DNA from: Escherichia phage vB_EcoP-101120B2
Sequence record: MZ234023.1
Reading direction: 5' to 3' (one strand)
Length of the DNA: 39,899 nt
The notes below the pieces were generated by a model. It did not search any database, was not told where the DNA came from, and worked only from the letters and a program-made list of their open reading frames with translations. Positions 28,334 to 37,027 of this stretch are shown one piece after another (position 1 is the stretch's first letter; every line of letters begins with the position of its first letter). Position numbers and translations under genes: made by a program.

Positions 28334-28574
28334 ATCAATCAGTAAGGCTTTCAAGAAAGTGGTGAACAATGCGTTGGGGACCGTTGGTCTAGGTAAGGAC
28401 GATGCGCCTAAGGTTGTTGAGGCTCAGACCCCAGCAGCACCAGTGGAAGTACCGAACGACAAAGTGGAGGATGTGGATACTGAAACAACCGCATCTGACG
28501 AGAAGAAAGTGAAGCGTTCCGGTAAGCGTAGCCTTCAGGTCTCTCGTACCTCTGGTGGCGGTATTTCTATTTAA
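28326..28574 (+). CDS. gp7.3-like tail/host-range protein
   Basis: Lys-rich N-terminus and C-terminal SLQVSRTSGGGISI, matching the recalled T7 gp7.3 end (SLSVARSSGGGINI). Confidence 0.7.
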   Translation: MGKSISKAFKKVVNNALGTVGLGKDDAPKVVEAQTPAAPVEVPNDKVEDVDTETTASDEKKVKRSGKRSLQVSRTSGGGISI

Positions 28575-28585
28575 GGAGGTGACGA

Positions 28586-30154
28586 ATGGCTGAACGTGAA
28601 GGGTTCGCTGCTGAAGGAGCCAAAGCGGTCTATGACCGACTGAAGAACGGTAGACAGCCATATGAGACACGCGCTCAGAACTGTGCTGCTGTCACTATCC
28701 CGTCACTGTTTCCTAAGGAGTCCGACAACTCGTCTACTGAGTACACCACTCCGTGGCAATCTGTGGGTGCTCGCTGCTTGAACAACTTGGCTGCGAAGCT
28801 GATGTTGGCATTATTCCCTCAGTCACCGTGGATGCGACTTACAGTCTCCGAATATGAGGCAAAGACCTTGAGTCAGGACTCAGAGGCGGCTGCTCGTGTT
28901 GATGAAGGGCTGGCTATGGTCGAGCGTGTGTTGATGGCTTACATGGAGACTAACAGTTTCCGTGTCCCATTATTCGAGGCGCTGAAGCAGCTTATCGTCT
29001 CAGGTAACTGCCTGCTCTACATCCCTCCTCCAGAACAAGGAACCTACAGTCCTATGCGAATGTACCGCTTAGTGTCCTACGTTGTTCAACGTGATGCTTT
29101 CGGTAACATCTTACAGATTGTGACTCTCGACAAGGTAGCGTTTAGTGCTCTACCGGAAGACGTGAAGTCTCAACTCAACGCAGACGACTATGAGCCTGAC
29201 ACCGAGCTTGAAGTGTATACGCACATCTACCGTCAGGACGACGAGTATCTGCGCTACGAGGAAGTGGAAGGCATTGAGGTGACAGGTACCGATGGTTCCT
29301 ACCCGCTGACTGCATGTCCATACATCCCGGTACGAATGGTTCGACTGGATGGTGAAGACTACGGTCGTTCTTACTGCGAGGAGTATCTGGGCGACCTCAA
29401 CTCGCTGGAGACGATTACAGAAGCTATCACAAAAATGGCTAAGGTAGCCTCCAAGGTGGTGGGCCTCGTTAACCCGAACGGTATCACGCAACCTAGACGT
29501 CTGAACAAGGCGGCTACAGGTGAGTTCGTGGCTGGTCGAGTTGAGGACATCAACTTCCTGCAACTGACGAAAGGTCAGGACTTTACGATTGCTAAGTCGG
29601 TGGCTGACGCTATCGAGCAACGTTTAGGCTGGGCCTTCCTTCTTAATAGTGCTGTTCAGCGTAATGCCGAGCGTGTCACTGCTGAAGAGATTCGTTATGT
29701 TGCTGGCGAACTGGAGGCGACCTTAGGTGGCGTGTACTCAGTACAGTCACAAGAGCTTCAGTTGCCTATCGTCCGTGTGCTGATGAACCAACTTCAGTCT
29801 GCTGGCATGATTCCAGACCTTCCGAAAGAAGCGGTAGAGCCTACGGTCTCCACTGGTCTGGAAGCGTTAGGTCGTGGTCAGGACTTAGAGAAGCTGACTC
29901 AGGCAGTCAACATGATGACCGGGCTACAGCCTCTACAACAGGACCCAGACATTAACTTGCCTACACTGAAGCTGCGACTGCTGAATGCCTTAGGCATTGA
30001 CACCGCTGGTCTGCTACTGACTCAGGACGAGAAGTTGCAACGCATGGCTGAACAATCCGCTCAAGGAGCTGTGGTCAATGGTGCGTCTGCTGCTGGTGCT
30101 AACATGGGTGCTGCTGTGGGTCAGGGAGCTGGTGAGGACATGGCTCAAGCCTAA
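28586..30154 (+). CDS. Portal / head-tail connector protein (gp8)
   Basis: 522-aa ORF with extensive identity to recalled T7 gp8 (YETRAQNCA, SLFPK, MYRLVSYVVQRDAFGN, CPYIPVRMVRLDGEDYGRSY, GLVNPNGITQPRRL). Confidence 0.95.
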   Translation: MAEREGFAAEGAKAVYDRLKNGRQPYETRAQNCAAVTIPSLFPKESDNSSTEYTTPWQSVGARCLNNLAAKLMLALFPQSPWMRLTVSEYEAKTLSQDSEAAARVDEGLAMVERVLMAYMETNSFRVPLFEALKQLIVSGNCLLYIPPPEQGTYSPMRMYRLVSYVVQRDAFGNILQIVTLDKVAFSALPEDVKSQLNADDYEPDTELEVYTHIYRQDDEYLRYEEVEGIEVTGTDGSYPLTACPYIPVRMVRLDGEDYGRSYCEEYLGDLNSLETITEAITKMAKVASKVVGLVNPNGITQPRRLNKAATGEFVAGRVEDINFLQLTKGQDFTIAKSVADAIEQRLGWAFLLNSAVQRNAERVTAEEIRYVAGELEATLGGVYSVQSQELQLPIVRVLMNQLQSAGMIPDLPKEAVEPTVSTGLEALGRGQDLEKLTQAVNMMTGLQPLQQDPDINLPTLKLRLLNALGIDTAGLLLTQDEKLQRMAEQSAQGAVVNGASAAGANMGAAVGQGAGEDMAQA

Positions 30155-30172
30155 ACTATCACTATAGGAACA
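30152..30172 (+). promoter_or_regulatory. Phage RNAP promoter (phi9 equivalent)
   Basis: CTAAACTATCACTATAGGAAC overlapping the portal stop. Followed by a nested inverted repeat (GGAACAAC...GTTGTTCC) at the transcript 5' end. Confidence 0.7.
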
Positions 30173-30243
30173 ACGTCTGGTCTACAATTTGTAGGTTTCT
30201 AGTCCAGTTGTTCCTACCATTTCAATCAAAGGAGAATGACTCA

Positions 30244-31128
30244 ATGTCTCAATCAGTTTATGCCGAGTTCGGCGTTAGCTCTAATGCAATCACTGGTTCC
30301 GTTGAGGACCTGAACGAACACCAGAAGTCTATGCTTGAACAGGACGTAGCTGTTCGTGATGGCGATGACGCTATTACCTTCAAGCAACTGGAAGCCGAAA
30401 ACGAAGAGGCGACCGAAGAAGACGAGAACGTCGAAGAGACGGAGGGTGCTGAAGACAACGAGTCCGATGACGAAGAGTCTGAGACCGATGGTGAGCAGCC
30501 TGAGTTCATTGAACTGGGTGATGCACCGAAAGAGCTGACCGAAAGTGTCACCGCTCTGGATGAAAACGAAGCTGCATTTGACGACATGGTGTCTTCCGCT
30601 GTAGAAGCTGGCAAGGTCACTGCTGATGAAATTACCGCTATCAAGGCTGAATACGCCAAGGACGGTAAGCTGTCTGACGCATCCTACGCTAAGTTGCAGG
30701 AAGCAGGTTACACCAAGCGTTTCGTAGATTCGTTTGTCCGTGGTCAGGAAGCTCTGGCTGAACAGTATGCTGCTGGAGTGGTTCGCTACGCTGGTGGAGC
30801 TGAACAGTTTAACCGCATTCTGTCTCACCTTGAGTCAACCGACCCGTCAACTCGTGAGGCACTGGAAGCTGCTATCGTTCGTAAGGACATTTCGACTACC
30901 AAAGCTCTGCTGAATCTGGCTGGCAAGACTCTGGGTAAAGCTGTTGGTGTTAAACCTCAGCGTACCATCACCACTCAGGCTAAACCTGTGGTCGCACCTA
31001 AGGCTCCTCAGACCGAAGCATTCAGCTCCAAGGCTGACATGATTAAGGCTATGAGTGACCCGCGATACCTTCGTGACGCTAAGTACACGATGGAAGTACG
31101 CGCTAAGGTAGCTGCCTCAAGCCTGTAG
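30244..31128 (+). CDS. Capsid assembly / scaffolding protein (gp9)
   Basis: Acidic protein. Start at ATG 30244 with AAAGGAG RBS. C-terminal region (KAMSDPRYLRDAKY) matches recalled T7 gp9. Confidence 0.85.
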   Translation: MSQSVYAEFGVSSNAITGSVEDLNEHQKSMLEQDVAVRDGDDAITFKQLEAENEEATEEDENVEETEGAEDNESDDEESETDGEQPEFIELGDAPKELTESVTALDENEAAFDDMVSSAVEAGKVTADEITAIKAEYAKDGKLSDASYAKLQEAGYTKRFVDSFVRGQEALAEQYAAGVVRYAGGAEQFNRILSHLESTDPSTREALEAAIVRKDISTTKALLNLAGKTLGKAVGVKPQRTITTQAKPVVAPKAPQTEAFSSKADMIKAMSDPRYLRDAKYTMEVRAKVAASSL

Positions 31129-31130
31129 GA

Positions 31131-31153
31131 CTAAACTATCACTATAGGGAGAC
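31131..31153 (+). promoter_or_regulatory. Phage RNAP promoter (phi10 equivalent)
   Basis: CTAAACTATCACTATAGGGAGACC, followed by GGGAGACCAAGAGACAGACTCAAGGTTTCCC, analogous to the T7 phi10 leader hairpin. Confidence 0.75.
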
Positions 31154-31254
31154 CAAGAGACAGACTCAAGGTTTCCCTATTACTTCAGTCCATACGGATT
31201 GGGCGTACAGTAAGTAATAAACTTTATCTTTCAATTGAATAGGAGAATTATCAT

Positions 31255-32304
31255 ATGGCAAACGTTCCGGGTCAGAAAGTTGGTACAGACCAAGGTAAAG
31301 GCAAATCTGGTTCCGACGCTCTGGCGTTGTTCCTGAAGGTCTTTGCTGGTGAAGTCCTGACCGCATTCACTCGCCGCTCTGTAACTGCTGACAAGCATAT
31401 TGTCCGTACCATTCAGAACGGTAAGTCTGCTCAGTTCCCGGTCATGGGACGCACCTCTGGGGTGTATCTGGCTCCGGGTGAGCGACTGTCCGATAAGCGT
31501 AAAGGTATCAAACATACCGAGAAAGTGATTACCATTGATGGTCTGCTGACTGCCGATGTGATGATTTTCGACATTGAAGACGCGATGAACCACTATGACG
31601 TGGCTGGCGAGTACTCCAACCAGTTGGGCGAAGCTCTGGCTATCGCTGCCGATGGTGCGGTACTGGCTGAGATGGCTATTCTGTGTAACCTACCGGCTAC
31701 ATCTGATGAAAACATCGCTGGTCTTGGCAAAGCGTCTGTGCTGGAAGTTGGTACTAAAGCAGACCTGAACACTCCGGCTAAGCTGGGTGAAGCAATCATC
31801 GGTCAACTGACCATTGCTCGTGCGAAGCTGACATCCAACTACGTTCCTGCTGGCGACCGTTACTTCTACACCACGCCGGACAACTACTCTGCAATCCTCG
31901 CGGCTCTGATGCCGAACGCTGCTAACTATGCTGCGCTGATTGACCCAGAGACTGGTAACATCCGTAACGTAATGGGCTTCGTGGTTGTTGAAGTTCCACA
32001 CTTGACTCAGGGTGGTGCTGGGGAAACTCGTGGTGCCGATGGTATCACTATTGCGACTGGTCAGAAGCACGCCTTCCCAGCTACTGCTACTGGTGATGTT
32101 AAAGTTGCTCTGGACAACGTTGTGGGCCTGTTCTCTCACCGTTCTGCTGTAGGTACTGTTAAGCTGCGTGACTTGGCGCTGGAACGTGACCGTGACGTCG
32201 ATGCTCAGGGCGACCTGATTGTTGGTAAGTACGCTATGGGTCACGGTGGTCTGCGTCCAGAAGCAGCAGGCGCACTGGTTTTCACAGCGGCGTCAGCGGG
32301 TTAA
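31255..32304 (+). CDS. Major capsid protein (gp10A)
   Basis: 349 aa. ALFLKVF, HTEKVITIDGLLTADVMIFDIEDAMNHYDV, AILAALMPNAANYAALIDPE and KYAMGHGGLRPEAAGA match T7 gp10A. Confidence 0.95.
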   Translation: MANVPGQKVGTDQGKGKSGSDALALFLKVFAGEVLTAFTRRSVTADKHIVRTIQNGKSAQFPVMGRTSGVYLAPGERLSDKRKGIKHTEKVITIDGLLTADVMIFDIEDAMNHYDVAGEYSNQLGEALAIAADGAVLAEMAILCNLPATSDENIAGLGKASVLEVGTKADLNTPAKLGEAIIGQLTIARAKLTSNYVPAGDRYFYTTPDNYSAILAALMPNAANYAALIDPETGNIRNVMGFVVVEVPHLTQGGAGETRGADGITIATGQKHAFPATATGDVKVALDNVVGLFSHRSAVGTVKLRDLALERDRDVDAQGDLIVGKYAMGHGGLRPEAAGALVFTAASAG

Positions 32305-32567
32305 CGACCTTTAAGGCCCTCTCTACAGAGGGTCCTACCTTAGAGACGTATAGTTCTACGGTGGGAACCAGCCTGAAGGTTGACTTCCCTGAGCTTTCAG
32401 ATGTGACCGATTGGTCGCTGCTTGAGGTGACTACGCCTGATGGTGTTAGCTACTCCCGTAGAACCAACAGTCTCTACTTCAAGGCCACCTCTGGCGTGGA
32501 AGGTCTGGTGATTGTTGGGTATGACGGTACGCCTGTGCGTTCCTTCAACGTATCTTTCACAAACTAA
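31255..32567 (+). CDS. Minor capsid protein (gp10B-like), predicted product of -1 programmed frameshift near 32277-32283
   Basis: G GTT TTC heptamer in the same codon context (ALVF) as the recalled T7 10A/10B shift site. The -1 frame is open from there to the stop at 32567 (~95-aa extension). Confidence 0.5.
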
Positions 32568-32573
32568 TTGAAA

Positions 32574-32610
32574 CCCCTTGGGTGCCTTCGGGTGCTTGAG
32601 GGGTTTTTTT
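32574..32610 (+). terminator. Tphi-like intrinsic terminator after the capsid gene
   Basis: CCCCUUGGGUGCC / GGUGCUUGAGGGG 13-bp stem (with G-U pairs), UUCG tetraloop, followed by TTTTTTT. Very similar to T7 Tphi. Confidence 0.8.
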
Positions 32611-32625
32611 GCTTAAGGAGGGACT

Positions 32626-32715
32626 ATGTTCCTTATTTACACAGGGTTAGCACTATTCGTCTTATTCTGGGCGTACCTGCTGCCCAGCTCACCGTCTAGC
32701 CCCTATGACCGCTAA
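32626..32715 (+). CDS. Hypothetical 29-aa hydrophobic peptide
   Basis: AAGGAGGG RBS 5 nt upstream of ATG. Product MFLIYTGLALFVLFWAYLLPSS... is membrane-like. Confidence 0.3.
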   Translation: MFLIYTGLALFVLFWAYLLPSSPSSPYDR

Positions 32716-32726
32716 GGAGTAAACCT

Positions 32727-33293
32727 ATGTCTCAATACATTCCACTTAATGCTAACGATGACTTAGATGCCATCAACGATATGTTAGCTGCTATTGGTGA
32801 ACCAGCAGTCCTACAGCTTGACGAAGGTAACGCTGACGTCTCGAACGCTCAACGTATCCTGCATCGTGTTAATCGTCAGGTCCAAGCTAAAGGCTGGAAC
32901 TTTAACATCAACGAAGCTGCTGTCCTGACGCCTGATGTCCAAGACAACAGGATTCGATTCCTGCCGTCTTACCTTCGGGTCATGACTGCTGGGACCACCA
33001 GCTACTACAGCAACATGGGTGGATACCTATACGACCTGTCCACTCAGTCAACCACTTTCACCGACCCTATAACGGTAGAGCTTGTTGAGATGAAACCGTT
33101 CTCGGAGATGCCTGTGGTATTCAGGGACTACATCGTTACCAAGGCCAGCCGTGAGTTCAACGCTAAGTTCTTCGGTAGCCCAGAGTCTGAACTGTACCTT
33201 CGTGAGCAGGAATCAGAACTCTATCAGCAGGTCATGGAATACGAGATGGACACTGGTCGCTACAACATGATGTCCGACATCGGGAGGGACTAA
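32727..33293 (+). CDS. Tail tubular protein A (gp11)
   Basis: 188 aa. ILHRVNRQVQAKGWNFNINE, YLYDLSTQS, FRDYIVTKASREFNAKFFGSPE and MEYEMD match T7 gp11. Confidence 0.9.
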   Translation: MSQYIPLNANDDLDAINDMLAAIGEPAVLQLDEGNADVSNAQRILHRVNRQVQAKGWNFNINEAAVLTPDVQDNRIRFLPSYLRVMTAGTTSYYSNMGGYLYDLSTQSTTFTDPITVELVEMKPFSEMPVVFRDYIVTKASREFNAKFFGSPESELYLREQESELYQQVMEYEMDTGRYNMMSDIGRD

Positions 33294-33520
33294 TGGCTAG
33301 TCACAACCTGAAGATTCACCGCCAGCACTTTGGTCCGGTACAACTAGGTCTAAAGACAGCAGAGCTGAGACTTAACGACCGGGACTTTAAGGTTGGCGAC
33401 TGGCTTATCCTGAATGAGTGGGACAACGGGTATACTGGACAACAGGTAGCACGTAAGGTTGTCCACATTGCTGACGTTGGTGACATCGCTGAGGGATACG
33501 TCCTAATGAGTATGATTTAA
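33293..33520 (+). CDS. Hypothetical protein, DUF3850/ASCH-like
   Basis: 75-aa ORF with GGGAGGG RBS and ATG overlapping the gp11 stop. Pattern LKIHRQHFGPVQLGLKTAELRLNDRDFKVGDWLILNEW...YTG resembles DUF3850-type small domains. T7 has nothing between genes 11 and 12. Confidence 0.55.
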   Translation: MASHNLKIHRQHFGPVQLGLKTAELRLNDRDFKVGDWLILNEWDNGYTGQQVARKVVHIADVGDIAEGYVLMSMI

Positions 33521-33529
33521 GGAGGGCCT

Positions 33530-35887
33530 ATGCCACTAATTACTCAATCAATCAAGAACCTTAAAGGTGGCATTAGCCAGCAGCCAGACATCCTGAGGTT
33601 CTCGGACCAAGGCGAAGAACAGGTAAACTGCTGGTCATCAGAGAGTGATGGCCTACAGAAGCGTCCACCTACAGTCTTCAAGAGACGTCTTAACATCGAC
33701 GTTGGGAGCAACCCTAAGTTCCACCTGATTAACCGTGACGAGCATGAGCAGTATTACATCGTGTTCAACGGGTCAAACATTCAGGTAGTTGACTTGAGTG
33801 GTAATCAATACTCAGTTTCCGGTGCGGTAGATTACGTTAAGTCGTCCAACCCGCGAGATGACATCCGTGTCGTTACTGTTGCAGACTATACGTTCGTCGT
33901 TAACCGTAAGGTTGTCGTTAAAGGTGGAAGCGATAAGTCACACTCTGGTTATAATCGTAAAGCACGCGCTTTAATTAACCTGCGCGGTGGACAGTATGGT
34001 CGCACCCTTAAGGTAGGAATCAACGGTGGAGTTAAGGTCTCGCATAAGCTGCCAGCAGGTAATGATGCCGAGAATGACCCACCTAAGGTGGACGCTCAAG
34101 CCATTGGTGCAGCTCTGAGAGACCTTCTTGTTGCTGCCTATCCTACCTTCACGTTCGACCTTGGGTCTGGCTTCCTGCTAATCACAGCTCCTTCAGGGAC
34201 CGACATTAACTCAGTGGAGACTGAGGATGGATACGCTAACCAGCTAATCAGCCCAGTCCTCGACACGGTGCAAACAATCTCTAAGTTGCCTCTTGCGGCT
34301 CCAAATGGGTACATCATTAAGATTCAAGGTGAGACCAACAGTAGCGCCGATGAATATTACGTGATGTACGACTCCAACACTAAGACGTGGAAGGAGACAG
34401 TAGAGCCGGGAGTGGTCACTGGGTTCGATAACACCACAATGCCACATGCTCTGGTGAGACAATCTGACGGCTCCTTTGAGTTCAAGACTCTGGACTGGTC
34501 CAAGCGTGGTGCTGGTAATGATGACACAAACCCTATGCCTAGCTTCGTGGATGCCACGATTAACGATGTGTTCTTCTACAGGAACAGGCTGGGGTTCTTG
34601 TCAGGTGAGAACGTAATCATGAGCCGTTCAGCCAGCTACTTTGCGTTCTTCCCTAAGAGTGTGGCGACACTGAGTGATGATGACCCTATTGATGTAGCTG
34701 TAAGTCACCCTAGAATCTCAATACTTAAGTATGCCGTTCCGTTTAGCGAGCAGCTACTACTTTGGTCTGATGAGGTTCAGTTTGTGATGACAAGCTCTGG
34801 GGTCCTTACCTCGAAGTCTATCCAGCTTGATGTAGGCTCAGAGTTTGCCTTAGGTGACAATGCCAGACCGTTCGCTGTAGGACGCTCAGTCTTCTTCTCA
34901 GCTCCTCGTGGGTCATTCACCAGCATTAAGAGATACTTCGCTGTAGCTGATGTGTCTGATGTGAAGGATGCCGATGATACAACTGGTCACGTACTGTCCT
35001 ACATCCCTAACGGGGTGTTTGATATTCAAGGTACAGGGACTGAGAACTACATCTGCGTCAACTCTACAGGTGCATACAACCGTATCTACATCTACAAGTT
35101 CTTGTTTAAGGATGGCGTACAGCTTCAAGCCTCTTGGTCACACTGGGAGTTCCCTAAAGCTGATAAGATTCTGGCATCTGCTTCCATTGGCTCTACCATG
35201 TTCATTGTTCGTCAGCACCAAGGCGGCGTGGACCTTGAGCACCTTAAGTTCATCAAGGAGGCAACTGACTTTCCGTCAGAGCCGTATAGACTCCACGTTG
35301 ACTCCAAGGTGTCTATGGTCATCCCAATTGGCTCGTTTAATGCTGACACATATAAGACTACGGTTGACATTGGTGCTGCTTATGGTGGTAATGCCCCTTC
35401 TCCCGGTCGGTACTATCTGATTGACAGTCAGGGTGCTTATTTGGACCTTGGGGACTTGACCAGTATCTCTACTGTGATTACCCTCAACGGCGATTGGTCA
35501 GGACGTACAGTGTTCATCGGGAGGCCCTATCTGATGTCCTACAAGTTCTCACGGTTCCTGATTAAGATTGAAGATGATAGTGGCACCCAGTCTGAAGACA
35601 CTGGTCGTCTACAGCTTCGTCGGGCTTGGGTCAACTACAAGGACACTGGCGCTCTGAGACTCATTGTCAGAAACGGTGAGCGAGAGTTCGTTAACACCTT
35701 TAATGGGTACACCCTTGGTCAGCAGACCATAGGGACTACTAACATTGGTGACGGGCAGTATCGCTTCGCTATGAATGGTAACGCATTGACCACGAGTCTA
35801 ACCTTAGAGTCCGACTATCCTACCCCAGTGTCAATCGTTGGGTGTGGCTGGGAGGCGTCATACGCTAAGAAAGCTCGTTCCGTTTAA
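33530..35887 (+). CDS. Tail tubular protein B (gp12)
   Basis: 785 aa. MPLITQSIKNLKGGISQQPDILRF, DEHEQYYIVFNGS, VTVADYTFVVNRKVV, FFYRNRLGFLSGENVIMSR and LQLRRAWVNYKDTG match T7 gp12. Confidence 0.95.
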   Translation: MPLITQSIKNLKGGISQQPDILRFSDQGEEQVNCWSSESDGLQKRPPTVFKRRLNIDVGSNPKFHLINRDEHEQYYIVFNGSNIQVVDLSGNQYSVSGAVDYVKSSNPRDDIRVVTVADYTFVVNRKVVVKGGSDKSHSGYNRKARALINLRGGQYGRTLKVGINGGVKVSHKLPAGNDAENDPPKVDAQAIGAALRDLLVAAYPTFTFDLGSGFLLITAPSGTDINSVETEDGYANQLISPVLDTVQTISKLPLAAPNGYIIKIQGETNSSADEYYVMYDSNTKTWKETVEPGVVTGFDNTTMPHALVRQSDGSFEFKTLDWSKRGAGNDDTNPMPSFVDATINDVFFYRNRLGFLSGENVIMSRSASYFAFFPKSVATLSDDDPIDVAVSHPRISILKYAVPFSEQLLLWSDEVQFVMTSSGVLTSKSIQLDVGSEFALGDNARPFAVGRSVFFSAPRGSFTSIKRYFAVADVSDVKDADDTTGHVLSYIPNGVFDIQGTGTENYICVNSTGAYNRIYIYKFLFKDGVQLQASWSHWEFPKADKILASASIGSTMFIVRQHQGGVDLEHLKFIKEATDFPSEPYRLHVDSKVSMVIPIGSFNADTYKTTVDIGAAYGGNAPSPGRYYLIDSQGAYLDLGDLTSISTVITLNGDWSGRTVFIGRPYLMSYKFSRFLIKIEDDSGTQSEDTGRLQLRRAWVNYKDTGALRLIVRNGEREFVNTFNGYTLGQQTIGTTNIGDGQYRFAMNGNALTTSLTLESDYPTPVSIVGCGWEASYAKKARSV

Positions 35888-35914
35888 CTTATTGAAGGGC
35901 CTATAGATTTACCT

Positions 35915-35937
35915 TAACTATCACTATAGGGACTATA
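35915..35937 (+). promoter_or_regulatory. Phage RNAP promoter (phi13 equivalent), flanked by a 10-bp perfect inverted repeat
   Basis: TTAACTATCACTATAGGGACT; GGGCCTATAG (35897-35906) and CTATAGGCCC (35933-35942) bracket it. Confidence 0.7.
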
Positions 35938-35973
35938 GGCCCTTTAAGTTATAATACTTTAATAGGAGACTTT

Positions 35974-36444
35974 ATGTATATTCGTAAAGCTACTGAACCC
36001 GATGTCCACCACTTTCTATGGAATCTTTCGGCAGATGATGTTAATGAGTGCAAAGCAAACTACGGGTCAACCGTGGGTCTCTCTGAAAGACTGCTTAAGC
36101 ACCTATCTCCGTCATCTGTGGTTTTAACGAACGGTGTAGGCGAAGTGTTTGCCTATGGTGGAAACCAAGGGGATAACGTATGGTTCTTGACTTCCGGTCT
36201 TGTCTATAAGCTGAGACCTAAAGAGAAGCGAGAGTTCATGAAGCGTATCTCTGAGTACAGGGACTTAATGTTAGACCAATACGGGACCATCTGGAACTAC
36301 GTGTGGTCAGGCAATAAGTCTCACATTAAATTCTTGAAGTTGCTTGGGGCTAAATTCCATGATGATTGGACTGTCAGCCCGGTAACTGGTGAGCGTTTTC
36401 AATTATTCACTATCTCTAAGGAGGACGTATGTGTGAACCCGTAA
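35974..36444 (+). CDS. Internal virion protein A (gp13-like)
   Basis: 156-aa ORF with TAGGAG RBS at the gene 13 position. Confidence 0.7.
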   Translation: MYIRKATEPDVHHFLWNLSADDVNECKANYGSTVGLSERLLKHLSPSSVVLTNGVGEVFAYGGNQGDNVWFLTSGLVYKLRPKEKREFMKRISEYRDLMLDQYGTIWNYVWSGNKSHIKFLKLLGAKFHDDWTVSPVTGERFQLFTISKEDVCVNP

Positions 36445-37016
36445 GTATCGGCATGGGTATCATGGCTGTAGCCGGGGCCACTATGTCCGCATCCCAGCAG
36501 GCCAAGGCCGAAGGTGCAGCAATTGACGCTCAGAACCGACAGGCTCAGGAAATGGTTAAGCAGATGAACTACTCTGACGCCAACCTGAGGATGCAGGAGC
36601 GAGACCTGAAGGAGCAGCAGATGGCTGAACTGACAGAGACCACGCTCAACGGTATCCGAAATCAGGGTATGGTACGAGCTGCGGTGGCTGAGTCCGGTCT
36701 GGAAGGTAACTCTATGGACAGGATTGAACGTCAGGTCGAAGGGGATACAGTCAAGGAGCGAGCAGGGATTACAGAAAGTTACAACCGCGACTATGCGGCT
36801 ATCTTCGGGAACCGTATCGCCAACATTGAGAACACCAAGTCTGCTATCCGTGGTCAGGGTAAAATTATCAAGACCAGCCCACTGGCTCATGCACTTAATG
36901 TTGCAAGCGCCGGGATGCAGGGGTACGCTGCTGGTAAGTCAATCTCTGGGGCATCAAGCTCTGGTGGTGCTGCACCGATTAGTGCTGCTAAAGGCACACC
37001 TACAGGTCATAGCTAA
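36429..37016 (+). CDS. Internal virion protein B (gp14-like)
   Basis: 195 aa with AAGGAGG RBS. Begins with MC like T7 gp14; shares LEGNSMDRI and ESYNRDYAAIFG-like motifs with it. Confidence 0.85.
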   Translation: MCEPVSIGMGIMAVAGATMSASQQAKAEGAAIDAQNRQAQEMVKQMNYSDANLRMQERDLKEQQMAELTETTLNGIRNQGMVRAAVAESGLEGNSMDRIERQVEGDTVKERAGITESYNRDYAAIFGNRIANIENTKSAIRGQGKIIKTSPLAHALNVASAGMQGYAAGKSISGASSSGGAAPISAAKGTPTGHS

Positions 37017-37027
37017 GAGGAGGACTA

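Noticed and set aside
29150-31366. Long minus-strand ORFs (e.g. 29150-29620, 30253-30828, 31231-31593, 31690-32244) in the ORF track
   Set aside because: All lie entirely inside well-supported + strand genes (portal, scaffold, capsid) and have no RBS or recognisable product. T7-like genomes are transcribed from one strand, so these are antisense artefacts.
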